Part shown: positions 26,264 to 34,038 of the stretch, one piece after another | Position numbering within the stretch: the stretch's first letter is position 1 | Layout: each line of letters starts with the position of its first letter | Assembly (NCBI GenBank): GCA_937902305.1 | Contig: CALDHV010000045.1 | Coordinates: 1-41,281 of the forward strand | Source of the DNA: an uncultured Clostridia bacterium | GTDB lineage: Bacteria > Bacillota > Clostridia > Oscillospirales > Acutalibacteraceae | Direction of reading: 5' to 3' | DNA length: 41,281 bases | Position numbers and translations under genes: made by a program | The notes under the pieces: generated by a model | What the model was told of the DNA's origin: nothing | Seen by the model: only the letters and a program-made list of their open reading frames with translations | Database searches by the model: none

Positions 26264-27136
26264 ATGATCTCCAAGAAAGCAAACGAAAACTTGCTCCGCG
26301 AGGCAGCGGCGCAGGGCGTCCCCACCGCGCGCGGCGACCGCACGCTGGTGTGGCACGATGAGTTCGCTGATTACGCCACCATCGACAAGCAGTGGAAGTT
26401 TCGCGTGAATATGCGCTCGTCCGACTGCACACTGGAAACCGACCGCCGCCATCTTGACGTGAAAAACGGGCAGATGGAGATGCACACCTACCGTCTGGAC
26501 GGCACCGACGGGATGCTGTACAGCATCCCGATGGCGATCACCACCTACGACAAGATGGTATTCCGGCGCGGCTATCTCGAAATGCGGGCGAAGATCCCGT
26601 TCCGTCACGGCACCTGGCCGTCCTTCTGGATGCTGACCTATGAGCCGTTGATGGAGTCAAAGCTACGCTCCGAGATCGACATTTTCGAGATCTTCTCCAG
26701 CCCCGATACCGCCGTCTGCAACCTGCACAAATCCCTGCGCGACGAGGAGGGCAAGATCGTTGCCCGCGCCCAGCTTGACGGCAAGATGGTATCCGACAAG
26801 CGGTACAAGATCCCGCACGCGGAGAATATCAACGGCGAATACCACGTTTATGCGATCGACTGGACGGAGGAAAAAATTTCGTTCATCATCGACAACATTC
26901 CGTATTGCACCATTGATCTGACCAAAAACTTTACCGACAAGCCCGGTCTGGAGCCGATGGACTGCTACCAGGATTACCACTACATCATCCTGTGCGATTA
27001 CGTCTTTACTCCCGGTCACCATTGGGCACCGGAGGGGTACCTGATGAACCCCGATGACCCCTGCCCGGTGGATTATTACGTCGATTATATCCGCCTGTAC
27101 CAAAAACCCGGCGAGGATATGATGGTCGAGGAATGA
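26264..27136 (+). CDS. GH16-family glycoside hydrolase, paralog 2, no signal peptide
   Basis: 290 aa, collinear with paralog 1 (roughly 85% aa identity by eye, not computed). Retains WPSFWM and SEIDIFE. Confidence 0.8.
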   Translation: MISKKANENLLREAAAQGVPTARGDRTLVWHDEFADYATIDKQWKFRVNMRSSDCTLETDRRHLDVKNGQMEMHTYRLDGTDGMLYSIPMAITTYDKMVFRRGYLEMRAKIPFRHGTWPSFWMLTYEPLMESKLRSEIDIFEIFSSPDTAVCNLHKSLRDEEGKIVARAQLDGKMVSDKRYKIPHAENINGEYHVYAIDWTEEKISFIIDNIPYCTIDLTKNFTDKPGLEPMDCYQDYHYIILCDYVFTPGHHWAPEGYLMNPDDPCPVDYYVDYIRLYQKPGEDMMVEE

Positions 27137-27209
27137 TTTAAGTTTTCGGTTTTCAGAGTTCCGTTTTCAGAAAGCAGTCAATTCGTTTCTGCATAGCCGG
27201 AATACTTTG

Positions 27210-27347
27210 CCGTAGGGTGCGGCGTCCCCGACGCACCGCGCGTGGCTTGGGGGTTATTGCATCGAAAACGGTTTGGGAGGGCGCGGAGGCCCTCCCCTAC
27301 GACCGGCAAGCGGCTCATTTCGTAGGGGAGGGGCTCTGTCCCCTCCC
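27210..27347. repeat. Second cluster of REP-like units (CGTAGGG + GC hairpin), including an inverted doublet
   Basis: Three units: 27210-27240 (+, CCGTAGGGTGCGGCGTCCCCGACGCACCGCG, 28/31 identical to 8176-8206); 27275-27301 (-, GGGAGGGC-gcggag-GCCCTCCC + CTACG); 27321-27347 (+, CGTAGGGGAGGGG-ctctgt-CCCCTCCC). Confidence 0.65.
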
Positions 27348-27397
27348 GTTTTGGTTCATATTTTCCCGGCAATCCCGGTTTGTCGAGCAAAAAGATA

Positions 27398-27439
27398 CCC
27401 GTCGAAAGGGAATATACTCTCTTCGACGGGTTTTGTTTT
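27398..27439. terminator. Bidirectional terminator between GH16 paralog 2 and whiA
   Basis: CCCGTCGAA (27398-27406) pairs with TTCGACGGG (27422-27430), followed by TTTTGTTTT on the + strand. The - strand has ATCTTTTT after the stem. Confidence 0.65.
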
Positions 27440-27485
27440 GTCCAAAATATCCTTATCGGACACTCCGCACCGGACATCTCCGCTT

Positions 27486-28388
27486 TTATGTTTCTTCCAG
27501 TTTATCCGCCATATCCCGGATCTTCTGCAAACGGTGGTGGATACCGCTCCGGCTCATACCGAGCCGCTCGGCAAGCTCCCGCAGAGTCATATCGGGGTTG
27601 TCGGCACGTAGCTGAGCCAGTGCCCGCAGATCCTCCGGCAGCTGCGCCAGCCCGCCCTTTTGCTCGATCCGGCGCAGGGCATCGGCGATCTCGCCGGCGG
27701 CGGCAACGGTCTTATCCATATTGGCGTTTTCAAAATTAAGGCGACGATTGGTCTTGTTGCGGATGCTTTTGATCATTTTCACATTCATCATTTCCAGCGC
27801 CGCCATCTGCGCCCCGAGATAGGTCAAAAAGTCCTCGATGCGCTCACTTTCCTTGATATATACGATATAGGAGCCGTTGCGCGGCACCATTTTGGCGGGG
27901 AAATCCACCTCGCCGAGCAATGCCAGCAGATCGCGGCTCAAATTATAATATGGCACGCTGAACTCCAGATGGTAGTCGTGATGGGGGTCGGTGACGGCAC
28001 CGCAAACGAGGAACGCGCCCCGCAGTAACGCCCGGGCACATTGCTCGCAATCGAGGTTGGCGCGGTTAAGCCGCACCGACACGTCCTCCGGCGTATGCCC
28101 GAAGCGCTCCAATATCACCCGCCGCGCGTCCGGGTCGTCAAACGATTGGGTGGTCAGCGTCGCACGGCGCTGAAGCACGCCCTGCGTCGGGGCAGCCACC
28201 CCGCAAACCCGGGATATAAGCCGCGCATACAATGCCGCCACCGCCGCTTGCTCGGTCTGCAACGAGATCTCTCTGCCGGAAAAGGCGTGCCCAAACTCCA
28301 GCATCCCATAGGCTTGCGCGGCGCGACAGCACGGCTTGTCCGGCCATGTTTCCGCCAGCTCCTGTTTCACGTCTGAGGAAAAAGACAT
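27486..28388 (-). CDS. whiA: DNA-binding sporulation/cell-division regulator WhiA
   Basis: Start moved to the ATG at 28388 (MSFSSDVKQELA...), after SD AAGGAGGG. LAGLIDADG-derived middle domain and C-terminal HTH (...LRELAERLGMSRSGIHHRLQKI...). Confidence 0.9.
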   Translation of the reverse strand: MSFSSDVKQELAETWPDKPCCRAAQAYGMLEFGHAFSGREISLQTEQAAVAALYARLISRVCGVAAPTQGVLQRRATLTTQSFDDPDARRVILERFGHTPEDVSVRLNRANLDCEQCARALLRGAFLVCGAVTDPHHDYHLEFSVPYYNLSRDLLALLGEVDFPAKMVPRNGSYIVYIKESERIEDFLTYLGAQMAALEMMNVKMIKSIRNKTNRRLNFENANMDKTVAAAGEIADALRRIEQKGGLAQLPEDLRALAQLRADNPDMTLRELAERLGMSRSGIHHRLQKIRDMADKLEET

Positions 28389-28443
28389 CCTTACCCTCCT
28401 TGAAATTACAAAAAGGAGAAACAATCAGAAATTATACAGAGCG

Positions 28444-29301
28444 TTAATTTTTCTCAATATCCCGATGACTGACGATGACCCGATGACCGCTCCGGCGGAT
28501 ATGCTCTCCGAGCGTTTCGGCGATGGTGACCGAGCGGTGCTTGCCGCCGGTGCAACCGATGGCGATGACCAACTGGGTCTTGCCCTCCCGCGTATACAGC
28601 GGGGTCAGATAATCCACCATCGCGTACAGCCGTTCGAGGAAACCCTGCGTTTCGTCCGGGGTAAGCACATACTCCTGCACATCCTTGTCCAGCCCGGTTT
28701 TGTGCTTAAGCTCCGGGACATAGAACGGATTGGGGAAACACCGCACATCCAGCATCATATCCGCTTCGGCGGGGAAGCCGTACTTGAAGCCAAAGGACAT
28801 ACACTGAATGGTCATCGCGTCCTCGGTATCCCCGAGGAACATCGACGCGATCTTTTCCTTGAGCTGGGCGGCGCTGAGCTGGGTGGTGTCCACCCGGTAG
28901 TCCGCTCGCGCATTGAGCGGCTCCAACAGCCGCCGCTCGGTCGCCAGCGCCTCCTCGATCGAGACCTCGGTGCTTGCCAGCGGATGCTTGCGCCGCGTTT
29001 CCTTATAGCGGCGGCAGAGCGTTTCGTCGGCGCAATCGAGATACAGCACCCGGTATTTCTGCCCCGCGTTGCCGAGCTTGACCAGGCTTTTGCGCAGGTC
29101 TTCGAACATCGGGCCGCTGCGCACGTCAATGACCAGCGCCACCCGACGGATGGATTCATTGCTCTGACTGCACAGCTCCACAAACTTGCGCATCAGCGCC
29201 GGGGGAATATTATCGACGCAATAAAAGCCAATATCCTCCAGCGCCCGCACCGCCTGCGATTTGCCCGCACCGGACATTCCGGTGACGATGATGAGTTCCA
29301 T
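28444..29301 (-). CDS. rapZ: RNase adapter / nucleotide-binding protein RapZ (YvcJ)
   Basis: Start moved to the ATG at 29301 (MELIIVTGMSGAGKSQAVRALEDIGFYCVDNIPP...). Walker A motif, and C-terminal IGCTGGKHRSV motif. It starts 1 nt after the murB stop. Confidence 0.9.
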   Translation of the reverse strand: MELIIVTGMSGAGKSQAVRALEDIGFYCVDNIPPALMRKFVELCSQSNESIRRVALVIDVRSGPMFEDLRKSLVKLGNAGQKYRVLYLDCADETLCRRYKETRRKHPLASTEVSIEEALATERRLLEPLNARADYRVDTTQLSAAQLKEKIASMFLGDTEDAMTIQCMSFGFKYGFPAEADMMLDVRCFPNPFYVPELKHKTGLDKDVQEYVLTPDETQGFLERLYAMVDYLTPLYTREGKTQLVIAIGCTGGKHRSVTIAETLGEHIRRSGHRVIVSHRDIEKN

Positions 29302-29302
29302 T

Positions 29303-30238
29303 TTATCGCTCCCCAAAATCGCCGACAAAGCGCACCTCCGGCTCCAGCCGGACGCCCTGCTCGGCAAAAACCTTTTCCTGTACATCCCGACACAGCCGCA
29401 ACACCTCATCGGCGGTGGCGTGACCGCGATTGATAACAAAGCCCGCGTGCTTTTCGCTGACCTGCGCATCTCCGACGCGGTAGCCCTTAAGCCCCGCGCC
29501 CTCAATCAGCGCGCCGGCGTAATATCCGGTCGGACGCTTGAAGAAGCTCCCCGCGCTGGGATATTCGAGCGGCTGTTTTTCCTTACGCCGCCCGATCAGC
29601 TCTTTCATTTTATCGGCGATCTGCTCCGGGTCGCCGGGGGTCAGGCGCACCGTGACCGCGGTGACGACCGTATCCCGACGATCCATCAGGGCGCTGTACC
29701 GATAACCAAGTTCCAACGCCTCGCGGAAAAGCGTTTTGGCGGCGATACTGCCGTCCGCCTGCGGTACGAGGCAATCGGCGCTGACCACCACATCCGCCAT
29801 TTCGCCGCCGTAGGCGCCGGCATCCATATAGACCGCGCCGCCGACCGTGCCGGGGATGCCGTAGGCAAACTCCAGCCCGCTCAATGCATTTTCCTGCGCG
29901 AAGCGGCACAGCCGTTGGAGCGGCACGCCCGCGCCGCAGACCACCGTGCCGTCCTCCCGGACAGCGGGCGGCTGTGCATTGGGGTCAAGGCGCAACACCG
30001 CCCCGCGAAAGCCGCCGTCGCCGAACAGCAGATTGGAGCCATTGCCAATGACCATCCACGGCACACCGTACTCCCGGCAAAGCCGGATCGCCTGTGCCGC
30101 GTGCTGTGCCGACGGGAGTGAAATCATATAGTCCGCCGGGCCGCCGATACGGAATGTGGTGGCACCGGACAGCAAAACCCCCGTCGCCATGTCGCAACCG
30201 CTCCGGGTGACCGCCTCACGAAACGCGATCATATCCAT
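29303..30238 (-). CDS. murB: UDP-N-acetylenolpyruvoylglucosamine reductase
   Basis: 311 aa. TTFRIGGPADYMI, VIGNGSNLLF, SAGSFFKRP and AQVSEKHAGFVIN are MurB signatures. Confidence 0.92.
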   Translation of the reverse strand: MDMIAFREAVTRSGCDMATGVLLSGATTFRIGGPADYMISLPSAQHAAQAIRLCREYGVPWMVIGNGSNLLFGDGGFRGAVLRLDPNAQPPAVREDGTVVCGAGVPLQRLCRFAQENALSGLEFAYGIPGTVGGAVYMDAGAYGGEMADVVVSADCLVPQADGSIAAKTLFREALELGYRYSALMDRRDTVVTAVTVRLTPGDPEQIADKMKELIGRRKEKQPLEYPSAGSFFKRPTGYYAGALIEGAGLKGYRVGDAQVSEKHAGFVINRGHATADEVLRLCRDVQEKVFAEQGVRLEPEVRFVGDFGER

Positions 30239-30241
30239 AGA

Positions 30242-31183
30242 TCAACCGAGATACGCCGCGCCGATGATACCGGCGTCGTTGCTCAACTGCGCGACGGTGA
30301 CCTGCGTCTTGCTCGGCGTATATTTGGCGAATTGCTCCCGCTCCACATAAGCGCGCAGGGGTGCCATCAGCGTTTCACCCTCGTGGCTGATACCGCCGCC
30401 GACGCAGATGACCTCCGGCTGGAAGATGTTGACCATATTGGTCAGACCGCAGGCAATATAGTCAAAATACTGCTCCACGACCGCTTTGCCGGCGGCATCG
30501 CCCGCCCGCATCGCATCAAACGCGGTCAGTCCGTTCACCTTGTCGAGGCTGTCGGCAAGCTGCCACATCTTGCTGTCCTTATGCGCTTCCATCGCGCGGC
30601 GGGTCTGCCGAATGAGCGCGGTGGCGGAGGCGTACGCCTCCCAGCAGCCGCGGCGTCCGCAGGTGCAGGGCTCGCCGCCCATCACGATGACATCGTGGCC
30701 CAGCTCCGTGCCGGCATAATTATGCCCGGCGAAGATCTTGCCGTCGATGATCACGCCGCCGCCGACACCGGTGCCAAGCGTGATGCACACGAGGTTTTTC
30801 TTGCCCTTGCCCGCACCGGCGAGGTATTCGCCGTATGCCGCGGCATTCGCGTCGTTTTCCACCGTGACCGGCTTGCCGAGCAGATCGCTGAGCATCTTTT
30901 TAAGCGGCACATTGACAAAGCCGAGGTTGGGCGCGGTTTCCACCAGCCCGGTATCGCCGTTGCAGGTGCCGGGACTGCCGACACCGATCGCGGCAACGTC
31001 ATCCATCGTGACGCCGGCTTTTTGCGCCGCCTCGCGGCAGACCCGTGCCATATCGGCAACGATCTCCTCCGCCGGGCGCGGCGCATTCGTTTTGCATTTG
31101 GCGGTGGCGACGATCTTATACTGCTCGTCCACCACACCCGCTACGATATTGGTGCCACCCAAATCAATTCCTATTCTGACCAT
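30242..31183 (-). CDS. glcK: ROK-family glucokinase
   Basis: Start moved to the ATG at 31183 (MVRIGIDLGGTNIVAG...), after SD AGGGAGGA. ROK Zn motif CTCGRRGCWEAY. Confidence 0.88.
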   Translation of the reverse strand: MVRIGIDLGGTNIVAGVVDEQYKIVATAKCKTNAPRPAEEIVADMARVCREAAQKAGVTMDDVAAIGVGSPGTCNGDTGLVETAPNLGFVNVPLKKMLSDLLGKPVTVENDANAAAYGEYLAGAGKGKKNLVCITLGTGVGGGVIIDGKIFAGHNYAGTELGHDVIVMGGEPCTCGRRGCWEAYASATALIRQTRRAMEAHKDSKMWQLADSLDKVNGLTAFDAMRAGDAAGKAVVEQYFDYIACGLTNMVNIFQPEVICVGGGISHEGETLMAPLRAYVEREQFAKYTPSKTQVTVAQLSNDAGIIGAAYLG

Positions 31184-31215
31184 TGTTTTTTCCTCCCTAT
31201 CTATGTGATGCCGCG

Positions 31216-32187
31216 TTAAAACGGCTCCCATTCATTGTGCATACTGTCCGGCAGTCCGGTGTCCTCGGTCATCCCGAGCTTGTGCATCAGCTCCTGAGCG
31301 GCATTATAGCCCATTTTCTTCTGTCGGTTGGTCATAGCGGCGATCTCAATAATGATCGCGAGGTTCCGCCCGGGCTTGACCGGGATGGTGACGGTCGGCA
31401 CCTCAATGCCGAGCAGGTCGATGGTCTGCCCGTCCAACCCCATACGGTCGTACACCTTATTGTTGTCCCACGGCTCCATCTGGACTGCCATATCAATTTT
31501 TTCGGTTTCCTTGATGGCGCCGATGCCGAACAGCCGCCGCATATTGACAATACCGATGCCGCGCAATTCGATGAAATGGCGGATATTCTGCGGTGCCGAG
31601 CCGACCAGCGTTTTGGCGGAAACGCGGCGTATCTCCACCGCGTCGTCCGCGATCAGCCGATGTCCGCGCTTGATCAGCTCCACCGCCGTTTCACTCTTAC
31701 CGATGCCGCTGTCGCCGAGCAACAGCACGCCCTCGCCGTAGACCTCGACCAGCACGCCGTGGCGGGTGATGCGGGGCGCAAGCTGGACATTGAGGAACGC
31801 GATCAGCGCCGCCATCAGCGACGAGGTGGAGTCCTTACTGCGCAGTAGCGGCACGCCGTACTGCCGGCAGGCGGCATCCAGCTCCGGCAGAATATCCAGC
31901 CCGCGGGAAACGATGATCGCGGGCGGGTGCGCCTTGGCAAGCTCCTCCAGGTGGGAGCGCCGCAGATCCTCCGGCATATTCTGCAAAAAGCCGAACTCAT
32001 TACGCCCGAGTATCTGGATACGCCCGTTATCGAAATAGTCGAAATAGCCGCCGAGCTCCAAGCCGGGGCGGTTGACCTGCGGGTTGCCGATCAACACCTC
32101 CGCCGCATCGCCGGGGAGGTATATCTCCTCCAGCGACACCTCCCGGATGACCGCGCTCAACGGTACAGTATATGTCTGTGTTGCCAT
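31216..32187 (-). CDS. hprK: HPr kinase/phosphorylase
   Basis: GDSGIGKSETAVELIKRGHRLIADD P-loop signature. The ATG at 32187 is preferred, 7 nt after SD AGAGGG. The ORF-track start at 32193 is only 1 nt from the SD. Confidence 0.9.
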   Translation of the reverse strand: MATQTYTVPLSAVIREVSLEEIYLPGDAAEVLIGNPQVNRPGLELGGYFDYFDNGRIQILGRNEFGFLQNMPEDLRRSHLEELAKAHPPAIIVSRGLDILPELDAACRQYGVPLLRSKDSTSSLMAALIAFLNVQLAPRITRHGVLVEVYGEGVLLLGDSGIGKSETAVELIKRGHRLIADDAVEIRRVSAKTLVGSAPQNIRHFIELRGIGIVNMRRLFGIGAIKETEKIDMAVQMEPWDNNKVYDRMGLDGQTIDLLGIEVPTVTIPVKPGRNLAIIIEIAAMTNRQKKMGYNAAQELMHKLGMTEDTGLPDSMHNEWEPF

Positions 32188-32227
32188 TTCCATACCCTCT
32201 TTCTACGCACAGTGCACTCTATACCAC

Positions 32228-32236
32228 ATTTTAGCA
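32228..32236 (-). promoter_or_regulatory. Possible extended -10 element upstream of hprK
   Basis: The reverse strand reads TGcTAAAAT about 35-45 nt upstream of the hprK start. There is no convincing -35. Confidence 0.3.
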
Positions 32237-32285
32237 CACTATTTCGAAAAAGGAAAGAAAAACTTTGCATTTTTTCAAGGTAGCC

Positions 32286-32981
32286 TCAGGCCAAGCGGTT
32301 TCCCTGCTCATAGCGGCGGCGCAATTTATCCAGCGCGTGGGTCTCCAGCCGGGAGATATACGACCGCGAGATGCCCAGCCGCGCGGCGACCTGCCGCTGG
32401 GTCATCGGCTCGCCGCTCAGCCCGTACCGCAGGGAGATGACCGTCCTCTCCCGCGCGTCAAGACATTCGCAGATATACCGGTCGAGCCGCTCGAGGTTGA
32501 TCTTGCGCTCGAGATCGTCCGCGATGGTGTCCTCGGCGGCAAGCACATCCATCAGCGTCAGCGCATTGCCGTCGCCGTCCGGCTCGATCGGCTCGGACAG
32601 TGAAATGTCGTTGGCGGTCTTTTTCCCCGCGCGAAAGTGCATCAATATCTCATTTTCGATGCATCGGGAGGCATAGGTCGCCAGCCGCAGACCCTTGTCG
32701 GGGTCAAAGGTGTCCACCGCCTTGATCAGCCCGATCGTGCCGATGGACACCAGATCCTCCTGGTCGCGGGCGTTGGCGTAGTATTTTTTGATGATGTGCG
32801 CCACTAGGCGCAGATTGTGCTCGATGAGCCTCTGCCGCGCCGCCGGGTCGCCGTTTTTCAGCGCCTGCAACGCCTCCGCCTCCTCCCGCGCCGACAGCGG
32901 GCGCGGGAAGGAGTGGGTGTTGACCACATGGAGCGCGAAAAACACCATCCGCGACAAAAGCTCGGTCAGTAATTCCCACAT
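32286..32981 (-). CDS. sigK: Sporulation sigma factor SigK (pro-sigma-K, uninterrupted)
   Basis: 231 aa. Hydrophobic ~20-aa pro-sequence, then ...HVVNTHSFPRPLSAREEAEALQALKNGDPAARQRLIEHNLRLVAHIIKKY... This parallels B. subtilis SigK (YVKNNAFPQPLS...LIEHNLRLVAHIVKKF). Region 4.2 reads GISRSYISRLE. Confidence 0.85.
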   Translation of the reverse strand: MWELLTELLSRMVFFALHVVNTHSFPRPLSAREEAEALQALKNGDPAARQRLIEHNLRLVAHIIKKYYANARDQEDLVSIGTIGLIKAVDTFDPDKGLRLATYASRCIENEILMHFRAGKKTANDISLSEPIEPDGDGNALTLMDVLAAEDTIADDLERKINLERLDRYICECLDARERTVISLRYGLSGEPMTQRQVAARLGISRSYISRLETHALDKLRRRYEQGNRLA

Positions 32982-33005
32982 ACGGCAAAACCGTCCTTTC
33001 GCCTT

Positions 33006-33032
33006 ACTGTATGCGGCGGGAGCGGGAATATT
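33006..33032 (-). promoter_or_regulatory. SigE-type (mother-cell) promoter candidate for sigK
   Basis: The reverse strand reads AATATT (33032-27), a 13-nt spacer, then CATACAGT (33013-06). This resembles the Bacillus SigE consensus (ATATT ... CATACAnT). The -10 lies 25 nt upstream of the ATG. Confidence 0.4.
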
Positions 33033-33061
33033 GCCAGTCCGGGAAAAGACAAGAACGAAAA

Positions 33062-33090
33062 AGCCCGGAGCCGCACGATAGCTCCGGGCT
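33062..33090. terminator. Terminator downstream of the AraC-family gene (bidirectional hairpin)
   Basis: AGCCCGGAGC-cgcacgata-GCTCCGGGCT. The reverse strand is followed by TTTTTCGTTCTT. Confidence 0.7.
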
Positions 33091-33208
33091 TGGCTTTTAT
33101 CGGGTCGGGCGGATCATTTACTGCCGCGCTCCGCCTTGTCGAGGTATTTGGCACAGGTCAAACAAAACCCGACAAAATCCGTCAAGGCGTTTTGCGAGAA
33201 GCCTTCTT

Positions 33209-33937
33209 CTATTTTTCCCGCAGATATTCCGATGGGGTCGCGCCGGTCGTCGCCTTGAAGATGCGGCGGAAAAACGCCGTCGAGCAAAAGCCGAGCCGTT
33301 CGCAGATCGCCTCCTCCGTATAGCCGTCCCGGAGCAGAAACGCCGCCCTGCGTACCCGCGCGGCGTTTTTGTAGCGGATCGGAGACAGCCCGGTCTGTTG
33401 CTTGAAAACGCCGTAAAAGCGCGACGCGGACAGATGACACAGCCGCGCCAGATCCTCGACGCGGATGTCCTCCGTGCAGTGCTCGTTGATATAGGCGATG
33501 GCATCATCGACCCCGCCCGCGGTCTGCCGTGACGCGTCACCCAGCCGCCTTTCACATTCCGCCAACAGCGCATAGCCGCTCGCCAGCCCGCTCAATCGCG
33601 ACGGGCCGCCGAGCGCCTTTTCCAGCGCGGCAAAATGCCCGGACAGATCGTCGCACGACACCGCCGTCACGCCGCCGGTGCCGATCTCCAGCGGGTCGGG
33701 CGCAAACTCGAAATCGTAATACGCCGCGCCGTTTTCCCCGCTCCAGCAGAGCTCATACGGGGTCTCGGGCGGGATGTAGATGAGGGTGCTTTTGCCGTAG
33801 GATCGTTCCTCTTTCCCGCGCAGGGTACAGCTTCCCTCCACCAAAAAGCGCAACTGCGCAAAACCGAAGCCGCTGTCTGTCTTGCAGATATGTCCGTCCT
33901 CGACGACGTGATAGTAAAGCTCATAATGCTCCCGCAC
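33209..33937 (-). CDS. AraC-family transcriptional regulator (N-terminal cupin sensor, C-terminal HTH_18)
   Basis: The C-terminus ...IAYINEHCTEDIRVEDLARLCHLSASRFYGVFKQQTGLSPIRYKNAARVRRAAFLL...GFCSTAFFRRIFKATTGATPSEY is AraC-type. Start placed at the GTG at 33937, 6 nt after SD GGGAGGG. The ORF-track TTG at 34006 coincides with a TTGACA -35 box. Confidence 0.8.
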   Translation of the reverse strand: MREHYELYYHVVEDGHICKTDSGFGFAQLRFLVEGSCTLRGKEERSYGKSTLIYIPPETPYELCWSGENGAAYYDFEFAPDPLEIGTGGVTAVSCDDLSGHFAALEKALGGPSRLSGLASGYALLAECERRLGDASRQTAGGVDDAIAYINEHCTEDIRVEDLARLCHLSASRFYGVFKQQTGLSPIRYKNAARVRRAAFLLRDGYTEEAICERLGFCSTAFFRRIFKATTGATPSEYLREK

Positions 33938-33977
33938 CGTTTTCCCTCCCGACAGTAGAATAGTGTCTGTTTCGGAT

Positions 33978-34006
33978 AGTATAGCATCTTGCGTTTTTGT
34001 TGTCAA
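33978..34006 (-). promoter_or_regulatory. Promoter of the AraC-family gene
   Basis: The reverse strand reads TTGACA (34006-01), a 17-nt spacer, then TATACT (33983-78). It overlaps the divergent operon promoter. Confidence 0.6.
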
Positions 34007-34017
34007 TCCTGTATAGT
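33989..34017 (+). promoter_or_regulatory. Promoter of the four-gene oxidoreductase operon
   Basis: TTGCGT (33989-94), a 17-nt spacer, then TATAGT (34012-17), just upstream of SD AGGAGGG and the ATG at 34039. Confidence 0.5.
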
Positions 34018-34038
34018 GGCGGTAGGAGGGTGAAGCGT

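Larger units (their letters stand above)
25338..27136 (+). repeat. Tandem duplication (period 907 bp) comprising the two GH16 genes and their 25-nt leader
   Basis: GAAAAGGATGTGCTGATGTATGATC occurs at 25338-25362 and at 26245-26269. The homologous coding sequences follow in register (ATG 25357 vs 26264). Confidence 0.85.

Noticed and set aside
27146-27172. Short direct repeat CGGTTTTCAGA / CCGTTTTCAGA just after GH16 paralog 2
   Set aside because: There are only two 11-mers with a mismatch, with no associated structure or second locus. This is likely chance or a duplication scar, and there is too little signal to call.
28389-29505. Long N-terminal extensions of the rapZ (to 29505), whiA (to 28424) and PBP1A (to 23725) ORFs
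   Set aside because: Conserved N-termini with good SDs occur at internal ATGs (29301, 28388, 23632). The extensions overlap upstream genes or AT-rich promoter DNA.
31184-31231. Overlap of the extended glucokinase ORF with the 3' end of hprK
   Set aside because: This is an artefact of the longest-ORF call. The ATG at 31183 follows SD AGGGAGGA and gives the canonical ROK N-terminus MVRIGIDLGGTN.
33938-34006. TTG start at 34006 for the AraC-family gene
   Set aside because: The TTG is the first three bases of a TTGACA -35 box with a 17-nt spacer to TATACT, and there is no SD. The GTG at 33937 follows GGGAGGG at ideal spacing.
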